Part shown: positions 1 through 8,015 of the stretch, piece by piece | Layout: each line of letters begins with the position of its first letter | Position numbering within the stretch: position 1 is the first letter of the stretch | From: a virus | Taxonomy: Duplodnaviria; Caudoviricetes | Length of the DNA: 28,984 bases | Reading direction: 5' to 3' (one strand) | Virus record (IMG/VR): IMGVR_UViG_3300037419_002193 | Location: 1-28,984 of that record | The notes under the pieces: model-generated | Seen by the model: the letters and a program-made list of their open reading frames with translations, nothing else | Database searches by the model: none | What the model was told of the DNA's origin: nothing | Position numbers and translations under genes: made by a program

Positions 1-27
1 GCGCCCCAACCACGGGAGGATCTTCCG

Positions 28-399
28 ATGCTGATCAAGGCGGGACAGTTCGCCGGCCGCGCCTGGGACAACGCGCGGCGGCGCGTGATCGAGGCGCGGG
101 TGTACGGCTCGGGCAAGGGCACGCATTGCTTCGAGTGCCACACGTCGATGGCCGCGTTCCACCTGGCCGTCGAGCACCTCAACCGCATCCCCCACGCGCT
201 GTGGGCGGAGCTGGCCGAGCGCCCGGACGCGGCCACGTTCGTGCCCGACTTCGTCGCGGCGTTCATCCGCTACCGCGTGCTCCTGGACGAGGCCGACGCG
301 ACCGAGCGGCGGCTGGCCGTGTCCCGCTCCCAGGCGGCCGCCCTGCAGGCGGCCCAGGACACGCTGGACGCCGAGACGGCGCTGGGGGTGGGGCGATGA
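28..399 (+). CDS. hypothetical phage protein
   Basis: ATG preceded by GGGAGG; G/C-ending codons; stop overlaps next start (ATGA). Confidence 0.75.
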   Translation: MLIKAGQFAGRAWDNARRRVIEARVYGSGKGTHCFECHTSMAAFHLAVEHLNRIPHALWAELAERPDAATFVPDFVAAFIRYRVLLDEADATERRLAVSRSQAAALQAAQDTLDAETALGVGR

Positions 400-629
400 G
401 GCTCTCCACCCACCTGGCGTACGTGGTCGCGCTGCTGACGTTCCCGGCGTTCGCGTTCGCGGCCCCGTGGGCGGCCTGGCCGTGCGGCGCCGCGTTCGGG
501 TTCCTGGCCGCCCTGTACGCCAACCGCGAGCGGGACGAGCGGGCCTGGCGCGAGCGGTGGCCGGGCGCGATCCGCGTGCCCCAGCGCGTGGCCGATCAGC
601 CGAAGGGAGGGCGCCGTGCGAACCGCTGA
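396..629 (+). CDS. small membrane protein
   Basis: ATGA overlap at 396-399; MRLSTHLAYVVALLTFPAFAFAAPWAAWPCGAAFGFLAALY hydrophobic segments then charged tail. Start reassigned from ORF-track 126. Confidence 0.7.
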   Translation: MRLSTHLAYVVALLTFPAFAFAAPWAAWPCGAAFGFLAALYANRERDERAWRERWPGAIRVPQRVADQPKGGRRANR

Positions 630-1191
630 GCGCATCGACCAGGTCGACGGGCCGGCGGTCGTCGGCCGGCAGTACCTCGTCCCGTGCGTCCGCCTCAACT
701 GGCGCAAGGGGTGGTGGCCGGTGACCGGGCCGGAGCACGACGACGCCGAGTACATCGGCATCGCGCGGCGCCATTGGCACTACGACGTGCGCTTCCTCAC
801 CGCCCCGCAGTTGCGGCGCGTGTGGCCGGAGGGCGACCCGCGGCCGGCGGCCGCGCTGGCAAGGATCCTCTTCGCCGACGCGGTCGAGGGCGAGCCGGTC
901 TGGCGGCGCCTGCGGTGCCGGCGGCCCATGCCCGACTTCCCGCTGGAGATGCTCGACTACCACGGCGACGTCTTCCACAGCCCGTTCGCCGCCAAGCTGG
1001 AGGACGCTTACGCCGGCGCGCGGCTCAAGCCCGGGTGCCGCACGTGCCCGCACCGGGGCGTGCCGCTGACGGGCCTGGAGGCGCGGGACGGCGTGGTCGT
1101 CTGCCCGGGCCACGGCCTGGCGTGGAACCTGACGACCGGCGAGCTGGCGCGGCGGGTGCCCGCCCGGGAGGTGACCCGTGGGCATGTTTAA
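616..1191 (+). CDS. Rieske [2Fe-2S] domain-containing protein
   Basis: C-terminal CPHRGVPL...VVVCPGHGLAWNLTTG matches Rieske CxH...CxxH boxes; GGGAGG before GTG. Confidence 0.85.
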   Translation: MRTAERIDQVDGPAVVGRQYLVPCVRLNWRKGWWPVTGPEHDDAEYIGIARRHWHYDVRFLTAPQLRRVWPEGDPRPAAALARILFADAVEGEPVWRRLRCRRPMPDFPLEMLDYHGDVFHSPFAAKLEDAYAGARLKPGCRTCPHRGVPLTGLEARDGVVVCPGHGLAWNLTTGELARRVPAREVTRGHV

Positions 1192-1792
1192 GTCCCGCGA
1201 GGTGCCGCGCAAGGGCCAGAAGTCCCTCCCGTTCGCCACGCCGATGCAGCGGGCGCGGCGGACGCCGGCCGTGGTCGGGGCGGCCGGGGCGTGGCTGGCG
1301 ATCCGCGTCCCGACCGTCGGCCTGCACCACAAGGGCCGGATGGTCGGCAAGCAGTTCTGCCCCCACGCCGACAAGCCCGAGCTGGCCGACGCGAAGAAGC
1401 TGTACGCCACCGCCCTGCCCCTGATCCCCGCCCCGATCGCCGGCCCGCTCCGCCTGCACGTGGACTTCGTGCTGGAGCCGAGCGGGAACATGGAGCCGTT
1501 CGAGGGGGTGCTGCCGTACACCGGCAAGCCCGACCGCTCGAACCTGGTCAAGGTGTTCGAGGACGCCCTGCGCCGCCAGGGGTGGATGCGCGACGACGCC
1601 GAGGTCGTCACCACCCCGGGCGGGAAGTGGGTCAGCTTCGACCGCGAGCGGCAGGGAGTGTGGGTCATCCTCTCGACCATCCTGCAGGTCGAGAGCTACC
1701 GCTTCGACAACAACCTCCTCGGCGCGTCCCGGGTGCCGTCGAAGGCGTACGTCGTCCCCAATCCCGGGTTCGTAGTCACCCCCCACCGATAG
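1178..1792 (+). CDS. rusA: RusA-family Holliday junction resolvase-like protein
   Basis: GPLRLHVDF and KPDRSNLVKVFEDAL...WMRDDAEV resemble RusA DxDNxxKxxxDAL...DD; GGAGGT at 1167-1172. Confidence 0.75.
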   Translation: MGMFKSREVPRKGQKSLPFATPMQRARRTPAVVGAAGAWLAIRVPTVGLHHKGRMVGKQFCPHADKPELADAKKLYATALPLIPAPIAGPLRLHVDFVLEPSGNMEPFEGVLPYTGKPDRSNLVKVFEDALRRQGWMRDDAEVVTTPGGKWVSFDRERQGVWVILSTILQVESYRFDNNLLGASRVPSKAYVVPNPGFVVTPHR

Positions 1793-1829
1793 CACACAAC
1801 CCCGGGCACGGCCCGGAGAGAAGGAGACC

Positions 1830-4193
1830 GTGATGGTAGCAACGACGACGAACGACAAGACGCCGGCGAAGCCCCTGAGCCCCGCCGAGCTGGCCGAGGA
1901 GCTGATGCGCATGGCCGACGACGCGGTCAGCTACAAGCTGGAAGACGAGCTGACCAAGGCGAAGGCCGCGATGGCCCGGGTGCAGGCCAAGGTCGACCGG
2001 GCCGGCGAGCGGAAGCTGCGGATCCTCCGCGCCCGGTCGGTCGAGGAGGCCCGGGCGATCCTGGACGAGAACGAGGCCGACGAGAACCTCAGGGCCCTGT
2101 GCCGGCGGTGCACGGGGTGGAAGCCGCTCCAGGAGGGCGGGGGCACCGACGCGCAGATCGTCGCCGTGCTCCAGGGGTGGCCAGACTACTCCTACGACGT
2201 GAAGATCCCGCGCGCGAGCCGCGGGTACTCCAAGGACGCCCGCGACCTCAAGGCCTGGGTCGACCCGGACAAGGACGAGCGGGGCAACGCGCACCTGCAG
2301 GGGGTGAAGCTGGTCGACGCCGTGCGGCGGGTGATGAACGTCCCCAAGCCCGCCGCGCCCAAGCCGACCACGCCGGCGAAGAAGAAGCCGGCGCCGGCCA
2401 AGAAGGGCAGCACCAAGGCCCCGGCCCCCGCGCCCGCGGCCAAGGCGACGCCCGACGACGGCGGCGGTGATGACGACGAGGCCGGCGGGGCGGGCGACTT
2501 CGGCGACGCTGAGGCCCAGGTGACGCAACCGGGCAAGCACCCGTCCGGCGACCCGAACGTCAACGAGAACGGCATTTACGTGCGGGGCGTGAAGCGGAGC
2601 CACCTGCCGATCCCCAAGGGCAAGCGGGCGCGCGTGAGCCTGGACGTGGCCAAGGGGGCCGACGGCCTGTACCGCGCGGCCAGCCATGTGGAGTGGGACT
2701 CGGAGAGCGGCTCGGGCTCGGGCGTCAACATCGAGTCCCCCGGGTACCCGACGGAGGACGCGGCCCTGGTGGCGGAGGCGGAGGAAATCGCCGACGGCTT
2801 CCGGAACCTGTTGAAGATCTCGAACGTGAGCAGCGGGAAGAAGACCAGCCACCGCGCGGGCCTGGCCGCCGTCGAGGCGTTCATCGAGAAGCGCAAGCCG
2901 GCGGCGGAGCCCGAGGCATCCGCCCCGCCCAAGCCTTCCGGCCACCGCCAGACCTGGGGCCAGTGGAGGGCGACGCTGCAGGGCGTCGGCGGGCCCGACC
3001 TGGGGATCACCGTCCCGGACAAGATCGTCCTCGACGAGCGGGAGCAGTTCTTCCTGGAGCGGTTCCGGGCGGGCCGCCGGCCGGCCGAGGCGCGGGACGC
3101 GTGGAAGGCCCGGCAGCCGGCCGGCGGCGCCGCCGCGGCGAAGCCCCTTCCGTCGGTCGAGGCGCTCGACCACCCGCAGACGCCGATCGACCTGCCGCCG
3201 GCGGAGATCCAGCCCGAGCCCGGGCACTACTACGACGCCGACCGCTTCGGCGTCACGCCTGAGCAGCTCGCCGCGAGCCTGGACGCGGTCGCCATCCACC
3301 CCCCGGGCAACCCCAACGACGGCAACCCGGCGCCCGACCCCGCGCGGATCGGCCGGCCGCTCAAGATCGCCGGCCGGTTCTGGGCCGCCGTCGGCGCCAG
3401 CGTCGAGCACCACCGCGTCACCTACCAGCTCGCCCCGGTGGTGCCCGAGGGGGAGACGATCGTGCTCTACGACAACTTCGACGACCTCCGCACCGACCAC
3501 GACGACAACGACGGCCGCGGTTCGAGGGACAAGGCCCCCGAGGAGTACGACCTGGACGGCCTGGGCGTGGTCGACCCGTCGAACATGCGGTGGGTGGTCG
3601 CGCGCAACGAGATCTACCTGCGCGTGCCCCGCGACCCGGAGACGGAGGCCCGGAAACTCGACCCCGCCCGCGCGGCCAAGGCCGGCTTCGACCAGGCCCG
3701 CGACGCCGGCAAGCCGTTCGGCGAGGCGCTCCAGGCCGGCGTCGACGAGATCTTCAAGGCCCCCGCCGCCACCGACGACCCCGCCGTCGACGGCCGCGGG
3801 GTCTACGTCGCGGGCGTGCGGGAGGTCTGGGTGACCGGCACGGCCAAGGGCGACGGGGCCAAGGTCGTGATCCGCGTCGCGCGGGGCGCCGACGGGATGT
3901 ACCGCACCGGGCACCTGCTCGAGTTCCCCGGCGCCCAGGCCTGGCAGGCCGACAGCGACGAGCCGGTCAAGGCCGCCGGGCAGGCCGCCGAGTCCGAGGC
4001 GTACGCGATCCGCGCGCGCGCCAACATCCTGATCAACCGGATCAAGGCGGCGCCGACGCCCGGCGGCAAGGGCGGCGCGTGGACGGCCGAACAGCGGCGG
4101 GTGTACGCGGCCGCGATCAAGGCCCTGGAGAACTTCATCGCCCACAACCCGGCGGCGCGGCTGCCGGGGCAGGCGAAGGCGAAAGCGGGGTGA
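1830..4193 (+). CDS. large hypothetical protein with Pro/Ala/Lys linkers and an internally duplicated ~115-aa domain
   Basis: 787 aa, AAGGAG SD, strong G/C third-position bias; two related segments GIYVRGV...AKGADGLYR and GVYVAGV...ARGADGMYR. Confidence 0.85.
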   Translation: MMVATTTNDKTPAKPLSPAELAEELMRMADDAVSYKLEDELTKAKAAMARVQAKVDRAGERKLRILRARSVEEARAILDENEADENLRALCRRCTGWKPLQEGGGTDAQIVAVLQGWPDYSYDVKIPRASRGYSKDARDLKAWVDPDKDERGNAHLQGVKLVDAVRRVMNVPKPAAPKPTTPAKKKPAPAKKGSTKAPAPAPAAKATPDDGGGDDDEAGGAGDFGDAEAQVTQPGKHPSGDPNVNENGIYVRGVKRSHLPIPKGKRARVSLDVAKGADGLYRAASHVEWDSESGSGSGVNIESPGYPTEDAALVAEAEEIADGFRNLLKISNVSSGKKTSHRAGLAAVEAFIEKRKPAAEPEASAPPKPSGHRQTWGQWRATLQGVGGPDLGITVPDKIVLDEREQFFLERFRAGRRPAEARDAWKARQPAGGAAAAKPLPSVEALDHPQTPIDLPPAEIQPEPGHYYDADRFGVTPEQLAASLDAVAIHPPGNPNDGNPAPDPARIGRPLKIAGRFWAAVGASVEHHRVTYQLAPVVPEGETIVLYDNFDDLRTDHDDNDGRGSRDKAPEEYDLDGLGVVDPSNMRWVVARNEIYLRVPRDPETEARKLDPARAAKAGFDQARDAGKPFGEALQAGVDEIFKAPAATDDPAVDGRGVYVAGVREVWVTGTAKGDGAKVVIRVARGADGMYRTGHLLEFPGAQAWQADSDEPVKAAGQAAESEAYAIRARANILINRIKAAPTPGGKGGAWTAEQRRVYAAAIKALENFIAHNPAARLPGQAKAKAG

Positions 4194-4525
4194 CCACCGT
4201 GGGACGCGACCGCCAACACGTGACGTTCACCGTCGGGCAGGGCGTGAGCTTCTGGCTCGGCGCCGACGGCCTGGGGCAAATCGAGGGCCTGCTGACAAAG
4301 CGGGTCGACGTGCTCTACCCGGCCGAGGGCCGCCTGTGCCGCGCCCGGGTCTCGGCCGACGAGTTGGCCCTGTGGCAGGACGCCCACCCCCTGCTGTTCG
4401 CCGTGTTCAACCCGTTCGCCCGGGGCGTGCTCCGCCGGCCGCGGGTCAAGGAGTACCGGGTCGTGCCCGGGCGGGCGCGGGTGCCGGGCGTGGCCGGCTG
4501 GGCCAGGCGGAGGGCCGCGTCGTGA
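4190..4525 (+). CDS. hypothetical protein
   Basis: GTGA overlap with upstream stop; MTTVGRDRQHVTFTVGQGVSFWL... Confidence 0.7.
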   Translation: MTTVGRDRQHVTFTVGQGVSFWLGADGLGQIEGLLTKRVDVLYPAEGRLCRARVSADELALWQDAHPLLFAVFNPFARGVLRRPRVKEYRVVPGRARVPGVAGWARRRAAS

Positions 4526-4794
4526 GCGCCAAAGCGACCCGCTACGGCTGCAAGGACCCCGAGTGCGGGTACACGACGCTCCCGTCGACGATGGGCACGC
4601 CGTACGCGCGGTGCCCGTTGTGCGGGGGCGAGTGGACGGCCGACCCGCCCGCGCGGGTGCCGCCGCAGATGACCGTGCAGGAGTACGACCCCGCGACCGG
4701 CCGCGACGTCGGCAAGCCCAGGCCCGTCCCCCCGCACCTGGCGAGCCTGTACGCCGCCAAGTGCGCGGCCTCGCCGCCGCGGAGGCCGGGATGA
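4522..4794 (+). CDS. small Zn-ribbon-like protein
   Basis: GTGA overlap; CKDPEC...CPLCG cysteine pairs. Confidence 0.7.
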   Translation: MSAKATRYGCKDPECGYTTLPSTMGTPYARCPLCGGEWTADPPARVPPQMTVQEYDPATGRDVGKPRPVPPHLASLYAAKCAASPPRRPG

Positions 4795-5024
4795 GCGACC
4801 TGGCCCCCGGCGACCGCGTCCGGATCCGCCCCGACCGCCTGGCCGCGTGGTGCACGCTGCCGGCGACGGCCGCGGCCTGGCGCGACCGCCGCGGGACGGT
4901 CGACCGCCTGGGCAAGTGGCGGCCCGACCGGGCGTACGTGGTGTGGGACGGGTGCCGCACGGCGCGGGTCGTGGGCGTGACGTTCATCGAGAAGGTTGAG
5001 GACCAACAGGAAGGAGCTTCGTGA
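4791..5024 (+). CDS. small SH3/KOW-like hypothetical protein
   Basis: ATGA overlap, GGAGG SD; LAPGDRVRI...GTV...YVVWDG pattern. Confidence 0.65.
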   Translation: MSDLAPGDRVRIRPDRLAAWCTLPATAAAWRDRRGTVDRLGKWRPDRAYVVWDGCRTARVVGVTFIEKVEDQQEGAS

Positions 5025-5263
5025 TGCTGAAGGAAGTGACGATCCGGGCCGCCGACGGCACCACCCGGACGGCCAAGGTGCTGTTGGTGGTCGCGGAGAC
5101 CGAGCCCGAGCTGGGCGAGTACGTCAACCACCGGCTGGGCGACGTGCTGTGCGGGTACCGCCCGCTCGACGGCGACCGCGTGGTGCACGTGCGGGACGTG
5201 GAGGGGGCGGCGGCGCCGCCGCCGGCCCAGCGCGACCCCGACCAGGACGACCAACAGCTTTGA
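5021..5263 (+). CDS. hypothetical protein
   Basis: GTGA overlap, AAGGAG SD. Confidence 0.7.
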   Translation: MMLKEVTIRAADGTTRTAKVLLVVAETEPELGEYVNHRLGDVLCGYRPLDGDRVVHVRDVEGAAAPPPAQRDPDQDDQQL

Positions 5264-5277
5264 CCAGGAGACAGCGC

Positions 5278-5991
5278 GTGTCGATCGAATTCAGGTTTCG
5301 CTCAATGAGGGTCTGGGGCCGCAAGGCGACCGAGGAGCGGGTGAGCCGCTCGCCGTTCCTGCAGCCGCGTAAGCAGACGGCGACCGGCTGGCAGGCGCCG
5401 ACGCGCATGCCGCTGACCCGCACGTACGCCGACCTGCGCAAGGAGCTGGGGCACCTGGGCGTCGAGGGCCAGGCCGTGCTCGAGATCGGCCTGCCCCCGT
5501 CGCAGATCCGCGTCGACGGCCAGCTCCGCGGCGACGCCCCGGCCCCCAAGCACCCGGGCATCATCCTCTCGGTCACGGCGAACATCGACGGGCGGGAGGT
5601 CCCGATGAAGTGGCAGTGCGACCACTTCACCGACTGGCGGGACAACCTCCGCGCGATCGCCCTGACGCTGGAGCGGCTCCGCCTGGCCGACCTGTACGGG
5701 GTGGCCCAGCGGTTCGAGCAGTACACGGGGTTCGCGGCCCTGCCGCCCGCCCTGGTCACCCCGCCGGCGATGAGCCTCGAGGACGCGGCCCGGTTCGTGG
5801 CCCGCGAGAGCGGGGGCGACCGCCCGGGCATGGCCGACCTGGTGCTGCGGTACCCCGAGTCGTTCAGTGCCTGCTACAAGGCGGCGGCCAAGCGCCACCA
5901 CCCCGACGCCCAGCCGGGAAACGTCGCCACCCAGGACTGGCAGAAACTCCAGGAGGCCGCGGCCCTGCTGCGGAAACACCATGGGCTCTGA
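5278..5991 (+). CDS. phage protein with C-terminal J-domain (DnaJ-like HPD motif)
   Basis: AGGAG SD at 5266-5270 and GTG 5278; YKAAAKRHHPD...DWQKLQEA is J-domain helix II-HPD-helix III; upstream DNLRAIALTLERLR...YGV...QYTGFAALP. Confidence 0.8.
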   Translation: MSIEFRFRSMRVWGRKATEERVSRSPFLQPRKQTATGWQAPTRMPLTRTYADLRKELGHLGVEGQAVLEIGLPPSQIRVDGQLRGDAPAPKHPGIILSVTANIDGREVPMKWQCDHFTDWRDNLRAIALTLERLRLADLYGVAQRFEQYTGFAALPPALVTPPAMSLEDAARFVARESGGDRPGMADLVLRYPESFSACYKAAAKRHHPDAQPGNVATQDWQKLQEAAALLRKHHGL

Positions 5992-6334
5992 GACGCAAGC
6001 GAGGTTCGAGGACGTGCTGGAGGCCGCCAAGCGGGTGTGCGACGTCGACGACCCCGACGACCCCGGCGTGCGGTACTGCGCCCTGTGCCTGGCGTCGGCG
6101 ATCGTCGGCGCCGACCGGGCGCGGGTGGCCGAGTTCACCGGGTACGACCGCGCCTTCGTCGACCCCGCGGCCGACCGGCTGGAGGCCGCGGGGGTCTGGC
6201 GGGACGGCCGCGTGCACGCGAACTGGTTCGCCGAGGACGAGGGCGGGCTGGCGCTGCTGATGGACAGCCTGGTCGCCCAGGGGCTGGCGACCCGGGCGCC
6301 GGTGCCGCCGAAGGGAGGCGCCGATGCCCGGTGA
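5981..6334 (+). CDS. hypothetical protein
   Basis: ATG 5981 overlapping upstream stop; G/C-ending codons. Confidence 0.7.
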   Translation: MGSETQARFEDVLEAAKRVCDVDDPDDPGVRYCALCLASAIVGADRARVAEFTGYDRAFVDPAADRLEAAGVWRDGRVHANWFAEDEGGLALLMDSLVAQGLATRAPVPPKGGADAR

Positions 6335-6641
6335 ATTCTTCGTGACGGTCGACGGCCCGCGGGGCGAGGAGTGGGAGCGGGTGCTGGGGACGCGCCGCCT
6401 GCCCGTGCTCGCGCCGGTGCCCGTGCTGGTGGACCTGCACGACGCCGGGCGGGGCGTCGAGCCGTGCTACCTGATGGACGTGCGGGCGCTGTCGCCCGCC
6501 CAGCGGGACGGGCTGGTCGACCTGCTCGCCGAGCGGTTCGGGTACCCGCGGGAGGAGGTGTGGGAGGAGGTGCTGACCAAGGGCGTGCCGATCCTGGCCG
6601 AGGGGTGCGCGGTTGAGGTGAGGAGGAGGATGGTGCTGTGA
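6324..6641 (+). CDS. hypothetical protein
   Basis: GGGAGG SD, overlap with flanking genes. Confidence 0.75.
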   Translation: MPGEFFVTVDGPRGEEWERVLGTRRLPVLAPVPVLVDLHDAGRGVEPCYLMDVRALSPAQRDGLVDLLAERFGYPREEVWEEVLTKGVPILAEGCAVEVRRRMVL

Positions 6642-6958
6642 ACCTCGCCGGGAACACGTGGTGGACGGGGCGGTGCGCGTCGGCCGCGCGGGCGACGACG
6701 CTCGACGACCTGCAGCGGATGGCCGCCGAGCTCGACGCCGCCGCGCCCAAGTGGAGCCCCCTGCCCTACGCCTGCACGCGCTGCCGCCGGGTAAGCCCCG
6801 CCGAGCCGACCGACCCGCGGTACATCGTGCTCCGGCCGGTCTACGCCGCCCCGTGCGCGGGGCGGCTGCCACCCGGGCCGCCGATCGCCTACCTCTGCCG
6901 CGTGTGCTACGCCCTCCTGCAGGCGCGACTCAACCCGCCCCGCCCCGCACGACTCTGA
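6638..6958 (+). CDS. putative Zn-binding protein
   Basis: GTGA overlap, GAGGAGG SD; CTRC...CRVC pairs. Confidence 0.65.
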   Translation: MNLAGNTWWTGRCASAARATTLDDLQRMAAELDAAAPKWSPLPYACTRCRRVSPAEPTDPRYIVLRPVYAAPCAGRLPPGPPIAYLCRVCYALLQARLNPPRPARL

Positions 6959-6980
6959 TAAATTGGGTAATTTCCGGCCC

Positions 6981-6989
6981 CGGTAGAAT
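6981..6989 (+). promoter_or_regulatory. putative host sigma-70-type -10 element (CGGTAGAAT; TAGAAT at 6984-6989)
   Basis: Sits in an AT-rich intergenic island (about 6955-6990), 10 nt before GTG 7000; one mismatch from TATAAT; no good -35. Confidence 0.55.
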
Positions 6990-6999
6990 CCCCCACACG

Positions 7000-8013
7000 G
7001 TGGAGCGACGATCGGGCGGCGGGCTGGGGGCGGAGGTACCGGGGTGGCTGGTGGAGGCCATCACGGCCCTCGCACGCGCCCAGGCCCAGCGGATGCGGGG
7101 GTACTTCGGGCACTTCCACGACATCGGCGAGGACGACCAGGTGCAGGTCGCGGTGGTGGGCGTGCTGGCCGCCCTGGGCGGGTACGACCGGCGGCGCGGC
7201 CCGGTCGAGGGCGCGGGGGGCGACCGCCTGTCCAAGCCCTTCTCGACGTACGCGACCACGGTGATCAAGCGCCGGCTGATCGACCTGCACCGGGGGCGGT
7301 CCCGCCGGGCCGCCCAGGACGTGGCGATCGCGGTGTGCGCGGACGCGGTGGCGCGGGGGGAGGCGGGGGAGGTCCCCGAGCTGGGCGACGAGGAGCTGGC
7401 GGTGTGGCTGCGGACGATCCGGGTGACGGCGCAGCGGCGGGCCGGCCGGGCCACCGACGCGCCGCGGCGGCGGGGAAGGCCGCGGCGGTTCACCCCGGCC
7501 CAGGAAGTGGCGTGCGCGGCCCTGATGTGGCGGCGGGGGCTTTCGCCCCGCGGCGCGGCGGCCGAGCTGGGCGAGCGGCCGGAGCTGGCGGCCGCGATCG
7601 GCCTGCCGGGCGTGCCCAGCCTGCGGTGGCTGGCCGGCGTCGCGGATTTCTGCACGCGTTTCCCCCAGAAAGCGGCTACGGCGAATAACCGGCGGGCAAC
7701 GGGCACGACGGGGCACGTCGGCCGCCTGCTGCCGTTCGTGGAGCTGCAACGGAGATCGGGCATGCAAAACTTGGTTCAGGGGGAGCTGCGGGACGTGCCG
7801 GCGCTGCTGCGCCTGGCGGACATCCAGGCGCGGGTCATCAACCTCTCGCGGTCGACCCTCGACCAGCTGATCGCGGCCAAGCGGTTCCCCGCGCCCGTGC
7901 GGCGGGTCGGGCGGCACCGGCTGTGGGCGCGGTCGGACGTGGAGGTGTGGCTGCGCACGCCCGAGCCCCAGGCGGCGCCGGCGGCCAAGCCCGCGGCCCG
8001 GGCGAATAACTGA
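7000..8013 (+). CDS. chimeric regulator: sigma-70 region 2 + IS-transposase-like N-terminal helical domain + in-frame AlpA-type HTH
   Basis: DDQVQVAVVGVLAALGGYDRRRG...FSTYATTVIKRRLIDLHR is sigma region 2.2-2.4-like; RFTPAQEVACAALM...RG...LGERPELAAAIGLPGVP resembles IS5/IS4-type transposase N-termini; no stop before the C-terminal HTH. Start GTG 7000 is inferred. Confidence 0.7.
   Translation: MERRSGGGLGAEVPGWLVEAITALARAQAQRMRGYFGHFHDIGEDDQVQVAVVGVLAALGGYDRRRGPVEGAGGDRLSKPFSTYATTVIKRRLIDLHRGRSRRAAQDVAIAVCADAVARGEAGEVPELGDEELAVWLRTIRVTAQRRAGRATDAPRRRGRPRRFTPAQEVACAALMWRRGLSPRGAAAELGERPELAAAIGLPGVPSLRWLAGVADFCTRFPQKAATANNRRATGTTGHVGRLLPFVELQRRSGMQNLVQGELRDVPALLRLADIQARVINLSRSTLDQLIAAKRFPAPVRRVGRHRLWARSDVEVWLRTPEPQAAPAAKPAARANN
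7682..7689 (+). promoter_or_regulatory. CGAATAAC motif copy 1 (putative late promoter), upstream of internal AlpA start
   Basis: Exact 8-mer; followed by GGAG (7751) and ATG 7762. Confidence 0.7.
7762..8013 (+). CDS. AlpA/excisionase-family HTH protein (internal in-frame start)
   Basis: LLRLADIQARVINLSRSTLDQLIAAKRFPAPVRRVGRHRLWARSDVEVWL is the AlpA pattern; own SD GGAG at 7751-7754. Confidence 0.75.
   Translation: MQNLVQGELRDVPALLRLADIQARVINLSRSTLDQLIAAKRFPAPVRRVGRHRLWARSDVEVWLRTPEPQAAPAAKPAARANN
8003..8010 (+). promoter_or_regulatory. CGAATAAC motif copy 2, 5 nt before terS GTG
   Basis: Exact 8-mer, no room for an SD. Confidence 0.75.
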
Positions 8014-8015
8014 GC

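Noticed and set aside
6658-6999. ORF-track start of the regulator at 6658
   Set aside because: Overlaps the 6638-6958 gene out of frame and crosses the AT-rich promoter-like island; GTG 7000 fits better
7474-7632. Insertion sequence or transposase pseudogene
   Set aside because: Only an N-terminal-like helical segment, in frame within an intact ORF; no DDE domain, terminal inverted repeats or target duplication seen
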